From the NCBI GenBank assembly GCA_964463045.1, contig CAYXAU010000011.1:11631-75630 (forward strand): DNA of 64,000 nt, in the 5' to 3' direction. This document shows positions 1 to 9,777 of this stretch, in pieces. Each line of letters begins with the position of its first letter. Position 1 is the first letter of the stretch. The stretch is from an uncultured Candidatus Sumerlaeota bacterium (GTDB taxonomy: Bacteria; Sumerlaeota; Sumerlaeia; MVZB01; JAJFLK01). The translations under genes and the position numbers were made by a program. Below the pieces are notes generated by a model. It did not search any database, was not told where the DNA came from, and worked only from the letters and a program-made list of their open reading frames with translations.

Positions 1-1
1 C

Positions 2-634
2 GGCAACGGGGCCCGATGTCTGGCGCGCTTTGCCTACCTGATCGGCGCCGCTCCGGCGCGCATGGCTTTTGATACGCTCGCCGGGCCCTATCGGGCCGAG
101 GTGCTGGAGGGCGGCGACGTGATGCTGCACCTCGCCCCTCCGCGTCGCTTGCGGCAGGGCCTGCCGATCTCGATCGAGCCGCTCGCTCTGGAACGGATCG
201 ACGCCATCGACACGGGCGTTCCGCACGCCGTCGTTTTTGTTCGGGGGCTCGGCGAAGTGAACGTTGATCGCTGGGGCCGGGAGATTCGCCATCACCCGCT
301 CTTCGCCCCCGACGGGACGAACGTCAATTTCGCCGAGCCGCTCCCTGACGGTCGGATCGCCGTCCGGACGTTCGAGCGCGGCGTCGAGGCCGAGACGCTG
401 GCCTGCGGCACCGGCGCGGTTGCCGTGGCGCTCCTGGCGGCGCTCAAGGGCCTGGCCGAACCCCCCGTGGTCATCCAGACCTCCGGCGGCCCGACGCTCA
501 TCGTCGACTTCGCGCTCGACGCCTCCGAGGACGGGCCGATCTTTACCGGCGTCCGGCTCCGAGGCGAGGCCAGGCTCGTCTACGAGGGCCGCCTCGTGGC
601 CTCCGGCATTCTTCTACCCGTCGCAACAAGCTGA
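2..634 (+). CDS. dapF: Diaminopimelate epimerase, 5'-truncated at window edge (C-terminal ~210 aa present)
   Basis: The frame is open from nt 2 (GNGARC...). The DapF active-site region ETLACGTGAVA is present. Size is consistent with the C-terminal half of a ~280-aa DapF. Confidence 0.8.
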   Translation, partial: GNGARCLARFAYLIGAAPARMAFDTLAGPYRAEVLEGGDVMLHLAPPRRLRQGLPISIEPLALERIDAIDTGVPHAVVFVRGLGEVNVDRWGREIRHHPLFAPDGTNVNFAEPLPDGRIAVRTFERGVEAETLACGTGAVAVALLAALKGLAEPPVVIQTSGGPTLIVDFALDASEDGPIFTGVRLRGEARLVYEGRLVASGILLPVATS

Positions 635-649
635 GAGAGCGATCCGAGC

Positions 650-1441
650 ATGGACTACGGCATCCGGGGAAAGGTGGCGCTCGTCGGCGGTTCCAGCCAG
701 GGCATCGGCCGCGCCGCCGCGGCGGCGCTGGCAGCCGAGGGAGCCCGCGTCGTCCTGTGCGCGCGGCGGGAGGGGCCGCTGCGCGAAGCCGAATCCGCCA
801 TCCGGGCCGCCAACGGTGGCGACGTCCTCGCCATCCTGGCCGATCTCAGCCGCCCGGAGGCGATCGAACGGCTGCTCGACGGCATCGGCCAACGCTGGGG
901 GGAGATCGATATCCTCGTCACGAACACGGGGGGGCCGCGGCCGGGTCGGTTCTTCGATCTGGAACCCTCCGACTGGGACGTCGCTTACGAGCTGCTGCTC
1001 AAGTCGGCGCTCCGGCTGATCCGCGCCACGCTGCCCGCCATGCGCTCGCGCCGGTGGGGAAGGATCATCGGCGTCACCTCCGTGAGCGTCAAGGAACCGA
1101 TCGAGAATCTGATCCTCTCCAATGTCTTTCGCGCGGGGGTGACCGCCCTCTTCAAAACGCTCGCGCGCGAGGTGGCCGCCGACGGGGTGACGATCAACAC
1201 CGTCCAGCCCGGCCTGACCGACACCGATCGGCTGCGCGAGCTTTACGGCGAGCAGGCGCGGCGGCGCGGTGTCCCCACCGAGCAATTCATGGCCGATATG
1301 GCCCGCAACCTCCCGCTCAAGCGCCTGACCCAGGCCGAGGAACTCGGCCGAGCGATCGCCTTTCTGGCCTCGGAGGCGGCCTCGGCCATCACCGGTTCGG
1401 CCCTCGCCGTCGATGGGGGTCAGCTCCGCGCAGTGTTCTGA
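650..1441 (+). CDS. SDR-family short-chain dehydrogenase/reductase (3-oxoacyl-ACP reductase-like)
   Basis: N-terminal Rossmann motif GKVALVGGSSQGIGRA is present. Length is typical for an SDR (263 aa). It starts 16 nt after dapF. Confidence 0.85.
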   Translation: MDYGIRGKVALVGGSSQGIGRAAAAALAAEGARVVLCARREGPLREAESAIRAANGGDVLAILADLSRPEAIERLLDGIGQRWGEIDILVTNTGGPRPGRFFDLEPSDWDVAYELLLKSALRLIRATLPAMRSRRWGRIIGVTSVSVKEPIENLILSNVFRAGVTALFKTLAREVAADGVTINTVQPGLTDTDRLRELYGEQARRRGVPTEQFMADMARNLPLKRLTQAEELGRAIAFLASEAASAITGSALAVDGGQLRAVF

Positions 1442-1858
1442 GAAGGGAGACGTTCGGCGGCGTCACTCGGGCCGAACGAGCCTCCGAGGCAGTAAAATTA
1501 AACGTCGGTTTCCGTTTGTGGCCGGGCCGGGGTTCTGGTATGCCTAAGCCCGCCGGAAGGCGGATTCATCGGTCCCATGCCGAAGGGGAGCGGGGAAACG
1601 TGGAGGCAACCACCCGAAAAACTGGGCCGGGTTCGGCCGGGCTGAATGGCGGCTCGCTCGGCGGGGGCGTCGCTGAAGGGCGGCGGGGCCGCCTTCTTCA
1701 CGGCCCGGGTCTGCTCGAAGGGGCGATTCTCACGCTGGCGCTCGCCGCTCAGGGGGGGAGCGTCGCTGGGGCTGACGGGCGGGAGGAATCCGCGCCCGCC
1801 GATGCCCCGCACGAACGCCTGCGCCAGGAGATGAGTCGGTCGGTTCGCTCACGTCGAT

Positions 1859-2251
1859 TTGAGCCAGCCGGGCGAACTCGAAGCCGGCGACGTGTTTTGC
1901 TCGGTGAACCGAATGGGCGACTCCTATGAGCGTGCCCCGATGGTCGGCGAAGGTCGGATCGGCGGCATCGTGGCCAAGCCCCGCCGCGATTACGTGCCGA
2001 CGACGATGGGATGGGGTGGCGACAATCCCATGGCCGGCTTCGGGCAGCCGGTCTTTGACCCGGCGGGCCGGTTGGCCGGCCTGACGGTCGGTCTGTTCGA
2101 GACGGGCTCTGACTCGACCGATTCGATGGATGACCTGGGGTTCCTCCTCTCGCTTTCGTCTTCAGTGCTGAACATGGCCGTACTGATCATGCCCACGAGC
2201 GAGATTGAACGCGCCACGGAACGGGCGCTGGCGGCTGATGAAGCGCCGTGA
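1859..2251 (+). CDS. Hypothetical protein (possible gene remnant; no recognisable catalytic motif)
   Basis: 130-aa ORF in an otherwise gene-free ~800-bp stretch (1442-2294). The composition is protein-like but no domain is recognised. Confidence 0.25.
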   Translation: MSQPGELEAGDVFCSVNRMGDSYERAPMVGEGRIGGIVAKPRRDYVPTTMGWGGDNPMAGFGQPVFDPAGRLAGLTVGLFETGSDSTDSMDDLGFLLSLSSSVLNMAVLIMPTSEIERATERALAADEAP

Positions 2252-2294
2252 GGCGCGGCCCTTGCCGAGTCGCCGCCATCGAAAGGATCGCCGC

Positions 2295-2669
2295 ATGAAG
2301 CCGAGTCTGGCGCCGGGCCTGGAAATCGAAGAACGATACGTCGTCGAGCCGAAAATGGCGCCGCCGCATCTCCCCATGCCGGTCCTCTCCACGCCGTCGA
2401 TGATCGGCCTCATCGAGGGGACCTGTCTCAAGTGCGCGCAGCCGCACCTGGACGGGACCGAAACGACCGTCGGGACGCACGTCAACGTCAGCCACACCGG
2501 GCCGGCCCACTCCGGGGAGACGATCACGATCAAGGCGCGGCTCAAGGAGATCAACAAGCGGCGGCTTCTCTTTGAGGTCGAGGTCCTCTCCCCCCGCGGG
2601 CCGATCAGCGCCGGCACCCACGAACGCGCCATCATCGACCTCGCCCGCTTTGGCGGCGCGCCCGGCTAG
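2295..2669 (+). CDS. Hotdog-fold acyl-CoA thioesterase (FlK/thioesterase superfamily-like)
   Basis: Core MPVLSTPSMIGLIEGTC...HLDGTETTVGTHVNVSHTGPA...ITIKARLKEINKRRLLFEVEV matches the hotdog thioesterase pattern. The third in-frame ATG gives ~124 aa, typical for the family. Upstream Arg-rich residues are unlikely to be coding. Confidence 0.7.
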   Translation: MKPSLAPGLEIEERYVVEPKMAPPHLPMPVLSTPSMIGLIEGTCLKCAQPHLDGTETTVGTHVNVSHTGPAHSGETITIKARLKEINKRRLLFEVEVLSPRGPISAGTHERAIIDLARFGGAPG

Positions 2670-3014
2670 CCCTTTCCGAAGTTCGGCCGCAGGGGGCCTT
2701 TGTTGGGGAGGGATGGGTTGACGCTCGAAAGATTCAAAGCTGATCGGAGGGTAGGTCGGCGGGGGACGCGCAGTGGTGCCTTCGCCCCGAAGGTGGGCAG
2801 GGAGAAACCGTCGATCCTCTAAGGGGCCGGCCGGGGCGACCTCCCCAACCTCAGGGGATGAGATCAACGAGGCGCACGATCGGGCTTGAATCCGTCCGCG
2901 CCGCTGGGCTAACCTGATTGCTGTCAGGCTGTTGAATAGGGCCTGGAGGCTCCGCGCAGGCGGCGCCCGCGGCCCGTGATCCCGTTGACTGACGTTTGAG
3001 TTCCCGCAGTTGCG

Positions 3015-3833
3015 ATGAAGTCGCCGACGCTGCCGCTCGCCGTTGAGCGCGTGCCCGTCCTTTCGCGTCGCCCGTCGTGGGCCGGCGTGGCCGGTTTCCT
3101 CAAGCTCTCACTTCGCATTTCAGGGGCGCTCGGCCTGTTGACGCTGCTGGCCGGTTTCGCCTGGCAGTTCGATCGGTTCCTCCGCCGCTCGGACTTCTTC
3201 GCCCTCGCCCGGATTGAGATCGTCGGGGCTTCGGCCGTCCTCGAGGCTCAGCTCCGAGAAGCGCTCGCCATTGGCGGCGCCCCGGCCGCGAGCAATCTGC
3301 TCTCGCTCGACGCCGCGGGGATCGCCGCCGGCCTGGAAAGGCTACCCCGGCTGCGGGCCGCCCGGATCCTCAAACAATACCCCGCGACCCTGCGCGTCGA
3401 GGTCCAGGAACGTGTCCCCTTCGTGGCTGTGCTCCTCGACGAACTCTACTGGATGGACGCCGACGGCGTCCTGCTGGGCCCCGTCCCGACGGAGGACTGG
3501 AACGGCGAGGCGGGACCGATCCTGACGGGGCTCCGCGAGCTGGAGCCGCAGCCGGGCCGCCGGCTTCGTCAGGCTCGCCTGCCCGAGACGTTGCGCGCTC
3601 TCCGATACCTGGCGGACAACGACCCCCGGCTCGGCGCCCGGTTCGCGGAATGGCATCTGACCGCCGACGACGAGATCGTCGGCGTCTTGAAGGAGGGGAT
3701 CGAGGTGCGATTCGGCCCCGTTGACCCCCTGACGAAGATGGCCGTCCTCGCCGCCGTGTTGCGAGCCCGGCCCAACCTGTCGGACCTGCGCTGTTTGGAC
3801 CTGCGCTTCGAGGGTCAGGTCGTTTACTTCTGA
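3015..3833 (+). CDS. ftsQ: Cell division protein FtsQ (POTRA domain)
   Basis: It has an N-terminal TM segment and a POTRA-like region (FFALARIEIVGAS...). It sits immediately upstream of ftsA-ftsZ. Confidence 0.8.
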   Translation: MKSPTLPLAVERVPVLSRRPSWAGVAGFLKLSLRISGALGLLTLLAGFAWQFDRFLRRSDFFALARIEIVGASAVLEAQLREALAIGGAPAASNLLSLDAAGIAAGLERLPRLRAARILKQYPATLRVEVQERVPFVAVLLDELYWMDADGVLLGPVPTEDWNGEAGPILTGLRELEPQPGRRLRQARLPETLRALRYLADNDPRLGARFAEWHLTADDEIVGVLKEGIEVRFGPVDPLTKMAVLAAVLRARPNLSDLRCLDLRFEGQVVYF

Positions 3834-3869
3834 ACCCCGCTCCCGGAGAGCGGACGCCACGCCGTCTCG

Positions 3870-5186
3870 ATGCTCCGCCCTTTCTCCAGACTTCGACTGC
3901 GCCGGCGAGGCCAGATCCTGGCTCCGGCCGAACCGGCCCGGAGCCGCCGCGCGCCGCCCGGCCACGGGCGGAAACGGCGGGCTCGTCTGATCACCGGCCT
4001 CGATATCGGCACGACGAAGGTCTGCGCGATCATCGCCGAGGCCGAGCCGAGGGGGGACATCACGATCCTGGGTCTCGGGTCCAGCCCGTCGCCCGGCATG
4101 CGACGCGGCGTCGTCACCGACATCGACCGGACCGCTTCGGCCATCAGTCAGGCCTTCCTGCGAGCCCACGACCTGGCTCACCGGATCCCACGGGAGACTT
4201 TCGTCGGGATCGCCGGCGATCACATCGCGGGGGTCGAGGCGCGAGGATCCGTCGAGGTGGCCCATCCTAACGTCGGCGTGGACGCTCGGGATTGCCGTGA
4301 GGCGATCCGCCGCGCCCGCCAGATTCCCCTGGCGACGGACATGACGATCCTTCACCAGGTCGTACGCGAATACATCGTCGATGGGACGGCGGGGATTGAC
4401 AACCCCGTGGGGCTGTTCGGTCGCCGTCTTGAGGTCGGCCTGCATCTGATCACGAGCGCCGTCGCCGCCGGGAACAACCTGGCCCGATGCGTCCGGAAGG
4501 CCGGTCTCCGAACCAGCGGCATCGTTCTGGAATCCCTGGCGTCTTCGCTTGCCATCCTCGCCCCCCGCGAACGCGAGCTCGGCGTCGTCATGATCGACAT
4601 CGGCGGCGGAACGACGGACATCGCCATCTTCGCCGAAGGCGCCCTCCAGTACACGGCCGAGATCGCTCTCGGCGGCGACAGCATCACGCAGGACGTGGCC
4701 CGGATCCTCCGCTGTTCGCCTCACGACGGCGAGAACCTCAAAAAGAAATTCGGCCATGCCCTCCCGCTCAGCATCGACCCCGAGGAACGGGTCGATCTAC
4801 CCCATCCCCTGAAAGGAGGTCGGCGGATCACGTACGCTCGCCGCGAGCTGGCCGAGATCATTGAAGCCCGCGTCGAGGACATTTTCGAAAAGGTCAAAAA
4901 GGCGATCCGGCGTTCCGGCCACCTGGATCGCGTCTATGCCGGCGTCGTGTTGACCGGCGGGACGGCGCTGCTCGAAGGCATCGCTCCCGTGGCCGAGCGG
5001 ATGCTCGAATTTCCGACCCGGATCGGGCTGCCTCAGGGCCTGCGCGGCCTCGGCGAGATCGCCAGCAGCCCCATCTATTCCACCGCCGTCGGCCTGATCC
5101 GATGGGCCGTCGACGAAGGGCCCGGCTACCAGCCCGAATCCCGGCTGGTGCGCATCCTGAGAAAGGTGCTGGACATCTATGGCTGA
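3870..5186 (+). CDS. ftsA: Cell division protein FtsA
   Basis: Actin-fold motifs LITGLDIGTTKV and MIDIGGGTTDIAIF are present, and its end overlaps the ftsZ frame by 8 nt. The ~35-aa Arg-rich N-terminal extension depends on using ATG 3870, the only ATG before the conserved core. Confidence 0.9.
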   Translation: MLRPFSRLRLRRRGQILAPAEPARSRRAPPGHGRKRRARLITGLDIGTTKVCAIIAEAEPRGDITILGLGSSPSPGMRRGVVTDIDRTASAISQAFLRAHDLAHRIPRETFVGIAGDHIAGVEARGSVEVAHPNVGVDARDCREAIRRARQIPLATDMTILHQVVREYIVDGTAGIDNPVGLFGRRLEVGLHLITSAVAAGNNLARCVRKAGLRTSGIVLESLASSLAILAPRERELGVVMIDIGGGTTDIAIFAEGALQYTAEIALGGDSITQDVARILRCSPHDGENLKKKFGHALPLSIDPEERVDLPHPLKGGRRITYARRELAEIIEARVEDIFEKVKKAIRRSGHLDRVYAGVVLTGGTALLEGIAPVAERMLEFPTRIGLPQGLRGLGEIASSPIYSTAVGLIRWAVDEGPGYQPESRLVRILRKVLDIYG

Positions 5187-5322
5187 ACCTGATTCCCTGC
5201 CGCCGAGACCCGGCCGGGGCAACGGCTCCTTCAGCTTCGAGCCGGACCCGCCCGCCCCGGAGGCCCCACCGGCTCGCCCGCCCGCCGCCTTCCCTCGTGA
5301 AACCGCCGAACGGAGTCCGAAC

Positions 5323-6720
5323 GTGAGCAACCCCCTTGGGGAGACCCAAAGAGATCAGAAGCCGACGCGGATCAAAGTCATCGGCGTCGGCGGCGCCGGC
5401 TGCAACGCCGTCCAGAGCATGGTCGATCAAGGCTTCGAGGGCGTCGAGTTCTATGCCCTCAACACTGACGCCCAGGCCCTCAGCCGTTGTCGCGTGGCCA
5501 ACCGCCTCCAGATCGGCCAGGACCTGACGCAGAACAGCGGCGCCGGCGCCGACCCGGCCATCGGCGAAAAGGCCGCCCGCGACGCCGAACCCCGCATCCG
5601 CGAAATCCTCAAAGGGGCCGACATGGTCTTCATCACCTGCGGCCTCGGCGGAGGGACCGGCACGGGGGCCGCCCCCGTCATCTCCGAAATCGCCCGCGAC
5701 ATGGGCATCCTCAACGTCGCCATCGTGACCAAGCCCTTTCAGTTCGAGGGGACTCAGCGCATGCGGCGCGCCCTGGAGGGTCAGAAAAAGCTCGTCTTGC
5801 ACGTCGATACGCTGATCTCAATCCTGAACGACAAGCTGATCGAGGTCGTCGGGGCTAAAACGCCGCTGACCGAAGCCTTCGAAGTCGCCAACGGCGTGCT
5901 CGCTCAGGGCATCCGCGCCATCAGCGACCTGATCGCCATGCCCGGCCTCATCAACGTCGATTTCCGAGACGTCCGGACGATCATGGGCGAGACCGGCGGC
6001 GCCGTCATGGGCGTCGGCGTCGGCAAGGGGGAAAATCGGGCGGTCGAAGCCGTCCGCAAGGCCTGTCACAGCCCGCTGCAGGAGAAGATCGTCATCGACG
6101 GCGCCCGCGGCGTCCTGATCAACATCACCGGCCCGGCCGACGTGACCATGCATGAAATCAGCGAGGCCACCTCCCTGATCTACGAAATGGCCGACCCCGA
6201 GGCCAACGTCATCTTCGGCGTCGTCATCGACGAATCCATGCACGACGCCATGCGGGTGACCATCATCGCCACCGGCTTCCCCAGCGCCGACATCAGCGAG
6301 CAGGTCCTCGCCGCCCAGCCCGAACGCCTCCGGCCACGACCGGGCGCGTTAACCTCCCCGCCGGCCCCGGGCCGACTCACCCGGCCCGCCGATGCGGAGG
6401 CGCCGGAAGGTCCGAGCGAAATCCATCGGCCCGCCATCCTCACCAAGCGCGAGCGAGAGGCGACCCCTCCCGCGCCGCCGAGGATCGACTTCAAGTCGCC
6501 CGATAATCCCTTGCGCGAGCTCAACCCCGAGCGCGGCGCGGAGCCCGCCGACGAGCAACGCACGCCGACGGCCCGCGCCCTTCAGCCCGAGCCCTCCCCG
6601 GCCATCGCCAAGGGCTCGATCTTCTCCGATGTCGAAACGGCCGATGAGGCGCCGTCGAGCGATGACCCTTACGACATTCCCCCGCTGAGTCGGCGCCGCC
6701 GTCAACACCTGTTCGAGTAG
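5323..6720 (+). CDS. ftsZ: Cell division GTPase FtsZ (alternative start ATG 5179 would add a Pro-rich 48-aa extension)
   Basis: IKVIGVGGAGCNAV and the GGGTGTGAAPV tubulin signature are present. There is a long disordered linker and a C-terminal conserved peptide DIPPLSRRR. GTG at 5323 is preceded by GGAG 8 nt upstream. Confidence 0.9.
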   Translation: MSNPLGETQRDQKPTRIKVIGVGGAGCNAVQSMVDQGFEGVEFYALNTDAQALSRCRVANRLQIGQDLTQNSGAGADPAIGEKAARDAEPRIREILKGADMVFITCGLGGGTGTGAAPVISEIARDMGILNVAIVTKPFQFEGTQRMRRALEGQKKLVLHVDTLISILNDKLIEVVGAKTPLTEAFEVANGVLAQGIRAISDLIAMPGLINVDFRDVRTIMGETGGAVMGVGVGKGENRAVEAVRKACHSPLQEKIVIDGARGVLINITGPADVTMHEISEATSLIYEMADPEANVIFGVVIDESMHDAMRVTIIATGFPSADISEQVLAAQPERLRPRPGALTSPPAPGRLTRPADAEAPEGPSEIHRPAILTKREREATPPAPPRIDFKSPDNPLRELNPERGAEPADEQRTPTARALQPEPSPAIAKGSIFSDVETADEAPSSDDPYDIPPLSRRRRQHLFE

Positions 6721-6739
6721 GTCGCGCCCCCCAAAGGCC

Positions 6740-7687
6740 TTACGGTCGGCTGCCGTCGGGTGACGGGGGGGAAGTCTCGTCTCCCGCGAGGTCGATCAGT
6801 TGCGCCTCCACCGGCGGAACGTAGACGAAGTCGGCCGGCTGCAGCTCGGCGTTGAAGCCGATGTCATAAAACGTCAGCGTGATTTGCGGCAGCGTCAGCT
6901 TACGCCCGAGGGGAGGTTCCGGCGCATCGGCCGGGGGAGGCGCGGCCTGCGGGCGAGGGAACATCTCCAACCGGTGGAGGAACCGATCCTCCCGCCCGAT
7001 CGATAGCCGCACGCGGTCCATGAGGCTCTCCAACAGTTCCCGGTTGCTCAGCGGCGCGGCGGCGTCCACGGCCGCCGCCTCCGACGAATCCGTCCCCTCG
7101 CGCCCGAAACGGGCCAGGCTGCCGCCGCGGTAACGCCCGACCAGAACGTCCATCGGCTGCCCTTGCAATCGGTAGTCGGTCGCGGAGGCGTCGAGCTCGA
7201 ATTCAAACAACTCGCGAAGCTGGGTCATCAACTCCGAGGGAACCGTCTGTCCCCACAAGGCGGCCGAGGCCGGCTCCCCTCCAGCGGGTGGAGTCGCCCG
7301 CGCGCGGATCACGACGGGTGGCTCGCCGACGCCCGCCCGCGTCTCGGTATAGAGCAATGCTCCGTCGGTGATCGTGAGCGTGACGAGGGGCTCGCCGTCG
7401 GGGACGGGGATCGTCGTGCGGAGCCGGAGATAGGCCGGCCGCAAGTAGGCAAGTTCGCCGTCGGAAGTCATACTCACCTCGCCGACGGCGATTTCCGTCC
7501 TGATCCGGCACGTGTAGGCTCGCAATTCGCCGGCGGCGCTGATCGCCGCCTCGAGCGCTCTCTGGGCCGCCTCCCGTTCATCCGGCCCGACCGCACCCAA
7601 AACCAAGCCCCAGCCGATAAGCGCCGCCGGCCAGGCCCAGCCTCGCTTCACCGCGCGAACCCATGCCGAGCCTCCTGAGGGCCTCAT
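6740..7687 (-). CDS. Secreted hypothetical protein (LolA/outer-membrane-lipoprotein-sorting-like fold possible)
   Basis: It has an N-terminal signal-like hydrophobic segment (WAWPAALIGWGLVLGAVG). No catalytic motif is seen. It overlaps the upstream DUF1232 gene by 4 nt. Confidence 0.5.
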   Translation of the reverse strand: MRPSGGSAWVRAVKRGWAWPAALIGWGLVLGAVGPDEREAAQRALEAAISAAGELRAYTCRIRTEIAVGEVSMTSDGELAYLRPAYLRLRTTIPVPDGEPLVTLTITDGALLYTETRAGVGEPPVVIRARATPPAGGEPASAALWGQTVPSELMTQLRELFEFELDASATDYRLQGQPMDVLVGRYRGGSLARFGREGTDSSEAAAVDAAAPLSNRELLESLMDRVRLSIGREDRFLHRLEMFPRPQAAPPPADAPEPPLGRKLTLPQITLTFYDIGFNAELQPADFVYVPPVEAQLIDLAGDETSPPSPDGSRP

Positions 7688-8130
7688 GAGGTCTCCACGG
7701 GTGGAACCGTGATCACCATCGGGGGCTCGACCTCACGGGCGACAGTCCGACGACGCCGCCCGGCTCCGGTTTGGCCCCTGAGCCATTTGCGAGCGTACTG
7801 CCGATACGGCCGCATCACGTCGCTGCCGATGAAACGGATAAGCCCCATGGCGACCCAGAGGTCATCGGCGTAGCCCGGCACGCCGAGGAAATCCGGAATC
7901 AGATCGAGCGGCATGATGAAGTAAGCCAGCGTCGCCAGCACCGAGAGCTTGTGCTGCACCGGCGCCAGCTCCGAATTCATGTAAAGGTACAGGGCGAGCA
8001 GGTCCGAAACCCCGGGGACGCTCGCCGCCAGGCGCTTGAGTTTCGGCCAGAAGTTCTCCTCCACCCGTTGCCGATCGTAGCTCCGCGGGATGGGAATCGG
8101 GGGCTTCGGGGGGTCAAGCCGCTTCTTCAT
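7684..8130 (-). CDS. DUF1232 (YkvA-like) membrane protein
   Basis: The motif FIMPLDLIPDFLGVPGYADD matches the DUF1232 signature (DxIPDfiPviGylDD). Confidence 0.65.
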   Translation of the reverse strand: MKKRLDPPKPPIPIPRSYDRQRVEENFWPKLKRLAASVPGVSDLLALYLYMNSELAPVQHKLSVLATLAYFIMPLDLIPDFLGVPGYADDLWVAMGLIRFIGSDVMRPYRQYARKWLRGQTGAGRRRRTVAREVEPPMVITVPPVETS

Positions 8131-8339
8131 GTCCGGCTCTACGGCGGGGATTCAGGCCTCGCTGCCGCCGGCATTGTCCCCGCAGCCGGCGCGTCGGGTC
8201 AATCGGTCCGGCGGACCCCGGCTGACTCAACGCTTGAAGAACGAGCACCCGTGCGCCTAAGCTGGCGGCGTTCCCGACTCGCGGAGGACGTCCCGGAAAC
8301 GGCCGCGCCCGGCGTCTCGATCAAGGAGTCTCCCTGACG

Positions 8340-9773
8340 ATGGCTCGTTCCTCGACCGCCCCTGCCCGGCTCATCACCCTCGCCTGCCTGACGAGTTTCG
8401 CCCTGAGCGGGCTCGCGGCTCCGTTGCCGGCCGGAGCGGCCCCGACGGCGCTCGATCGCTACGTCGCCGAGCCGGACGCGCACTATCAGTGGCGCATCGT
8501 CAACCGGTTTGAGGGCGAGGGTTACGCGACGTTCGTCGTCGACCTCACGTCGCAGGCCTGGCTCACCGCCGCCGACGTGGACCGGCCGGAATGGCGCCAT
8601 TGGCTGGTGGTCGTCCGTCCGGAGGCTCCCCGGGGGACCACGGGCATGCTGATCATCGGCGGCGGGTCCAACCGGGGCGAGCCGCCGGCCCGGCCCGACG
8701 CGACCGCCGTTGCTTTCGCCAGGCAGACTCAAACCGTGGTGGCCGAGTTGCGGATGGTCCCCAATCAGCCGCTGGTCTTCGTCGGCACCGACCCGGAGAA
8801 GAAGCCCCGCTCCGAGGACGATCTCATCGCTTACTGCTGGGCGCGATTCCTGGAATCCGGCGAGGAACGATGGCTGCCACGTCTGCCGATGGTCAAGAGC
8901 GCCGTCCGAGCGATGGATACGATCCAGGCCCTTCTCCGGAGCCCCGAAGGGGGCCAAACGCCGCTGGAGCGCTTCGTGGTGGCCGGGGGGAGCAAGCGCG
9001 GCTGGACGACCTGGTTGACGGCGGCCGTCGACCCCCGCGTCGTGGCGATCGTCCCGATTGTCATCGACGTGCTTAACGTTGAACCCTCCATGCGCCACCA
9101 TTTCGACGCCTACGGCTTCTGGGCCCCGGCGATCGGGGATTACGTTCGCCACGGCCTCATGGACCAACTCGGGCGGCCGGAAATGACCTGGCTTCTCGAA
9201 AACGTGGACCCCTACGTCTATCGCGACCGGTTCAGCCTGCCCAAATACCTCGTCAATGCCACGGGCGACGAATTCTTCCTGCCCGATTCCTCCCAGTTCT
9301 ACTTCGACGACCTCCCGGGCGAAAAGTATCTCCGCTACGTCCCCAACGCCAAGCACTCGCTCGACGGCAGCGACGCCCGCCAGTCGATCCTCGCCTTTTA
9401 CCAGACCGTGCTGGACGGCCGGCCGCGCCCTCGCCCGGCATGGACGTTCGAGGCCGACGGCGCGGTCCGCGTCCAATCCGATCCGACCCCCTCGACCGTT
9501 CTTCTTTGGCAAGCGACCAACCCCGAGGCCCGCGACTTTCGCCTAGATTCCATCGGCCCCGCCTTCACAAGTTCCCTCATCGAGCCCGACGGCTCCGGCG
9601 TTTTCGTGGGCCGCGTCCCGCAGCCCGAGAAGGGTTGGACCGCCTATTTCGTGGAGATGAGCTACGAGACGGGGGGGCCGTATCCGCTCAAGCTCACGAC
9701 GCCCGTCCGGGTGACACCCGACACGCTCCCCTTCGAGTTTCGATTCCATCGCGATACGCTGCGCATCCGCTGA
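8340..9773 (+). CDS. Secreted PhoPQ-activated pathogenicity-related (PqaA/PF10142-like) family protein
   Basis: It has a signal peptide, and the overall size and several conserved blocks (GGSKRGWTTW, YVPNAKHSL) resemble the PhoPQ_related family. This assignment is from memory of the family and was not verified. Confidence 0.5.
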   Translation: MARSSTAPARLITLACLTSFALSGLAAPLPAGAAPTALDRYVAEPDAHYQWRIVNRFEGEGYATFVVDLTSQAWLTAADVDRPEWRHWLVVVRPEAPRGTTGMLIIGGGSNRGEPPARPDATAVAFARQTQTVVAELRMVPNQPLVFVGTDPEKKPRSEDDLIAYCWARFLESGEERWLPRLPMVKSAVRAMDTIQALLRSPEGGQTPLERFVVAGGSKRGWTTWLTAAVDPRVVAIVPIVIDVLNVEPSMRHHFDAYGFWAPAIGDYVRHGLMDQLGRPEMTWLLENVDPYVYRDRFSLPKYLVNATGDEFFLPDSSQFYFDDLPGEKYLRYVPNAKHSLDGSDARQSILAFYQTVLDGRPRPRPAWTFEADGAVRVQSDPTPSTVLLWQATNPEARDFRLDSIGPAFTSSLIEPDGSGVFVGRVPQPEKGWTAYFVEMSYETGGPYPLKLTTPVRVTPDTLPFEFRFHRDTLRIR

Positions 9774-9777
9774 AGCC

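Noticed and set aside
757-1929. 390-aa plus-strand ORF in an alternative frame over the SDR gene
   Set aside because: It overlaps a strongly supported SDR CDS. Its translation is Arg/Pro-rich nonsense, a GC artefact.
8199-9512. 437-aa minus-strand ORF antisense to the PhoPQ-related gene. Similar long antisense ORFs are 3342-4757(-), 4894-5802(-), 31347-33686(+), 42048-44081(+), 48671-50278(+) and 57607-59109(-).
   Set aside because: All lie opposite well-supported genes (ftsA, ftsZ, the giant GT, EF-G, the surface protein, mfd). Their translations are Arg/Gly/Pro-rich low-complexity sequence typical of antisense frames in ~70% GC DNA.
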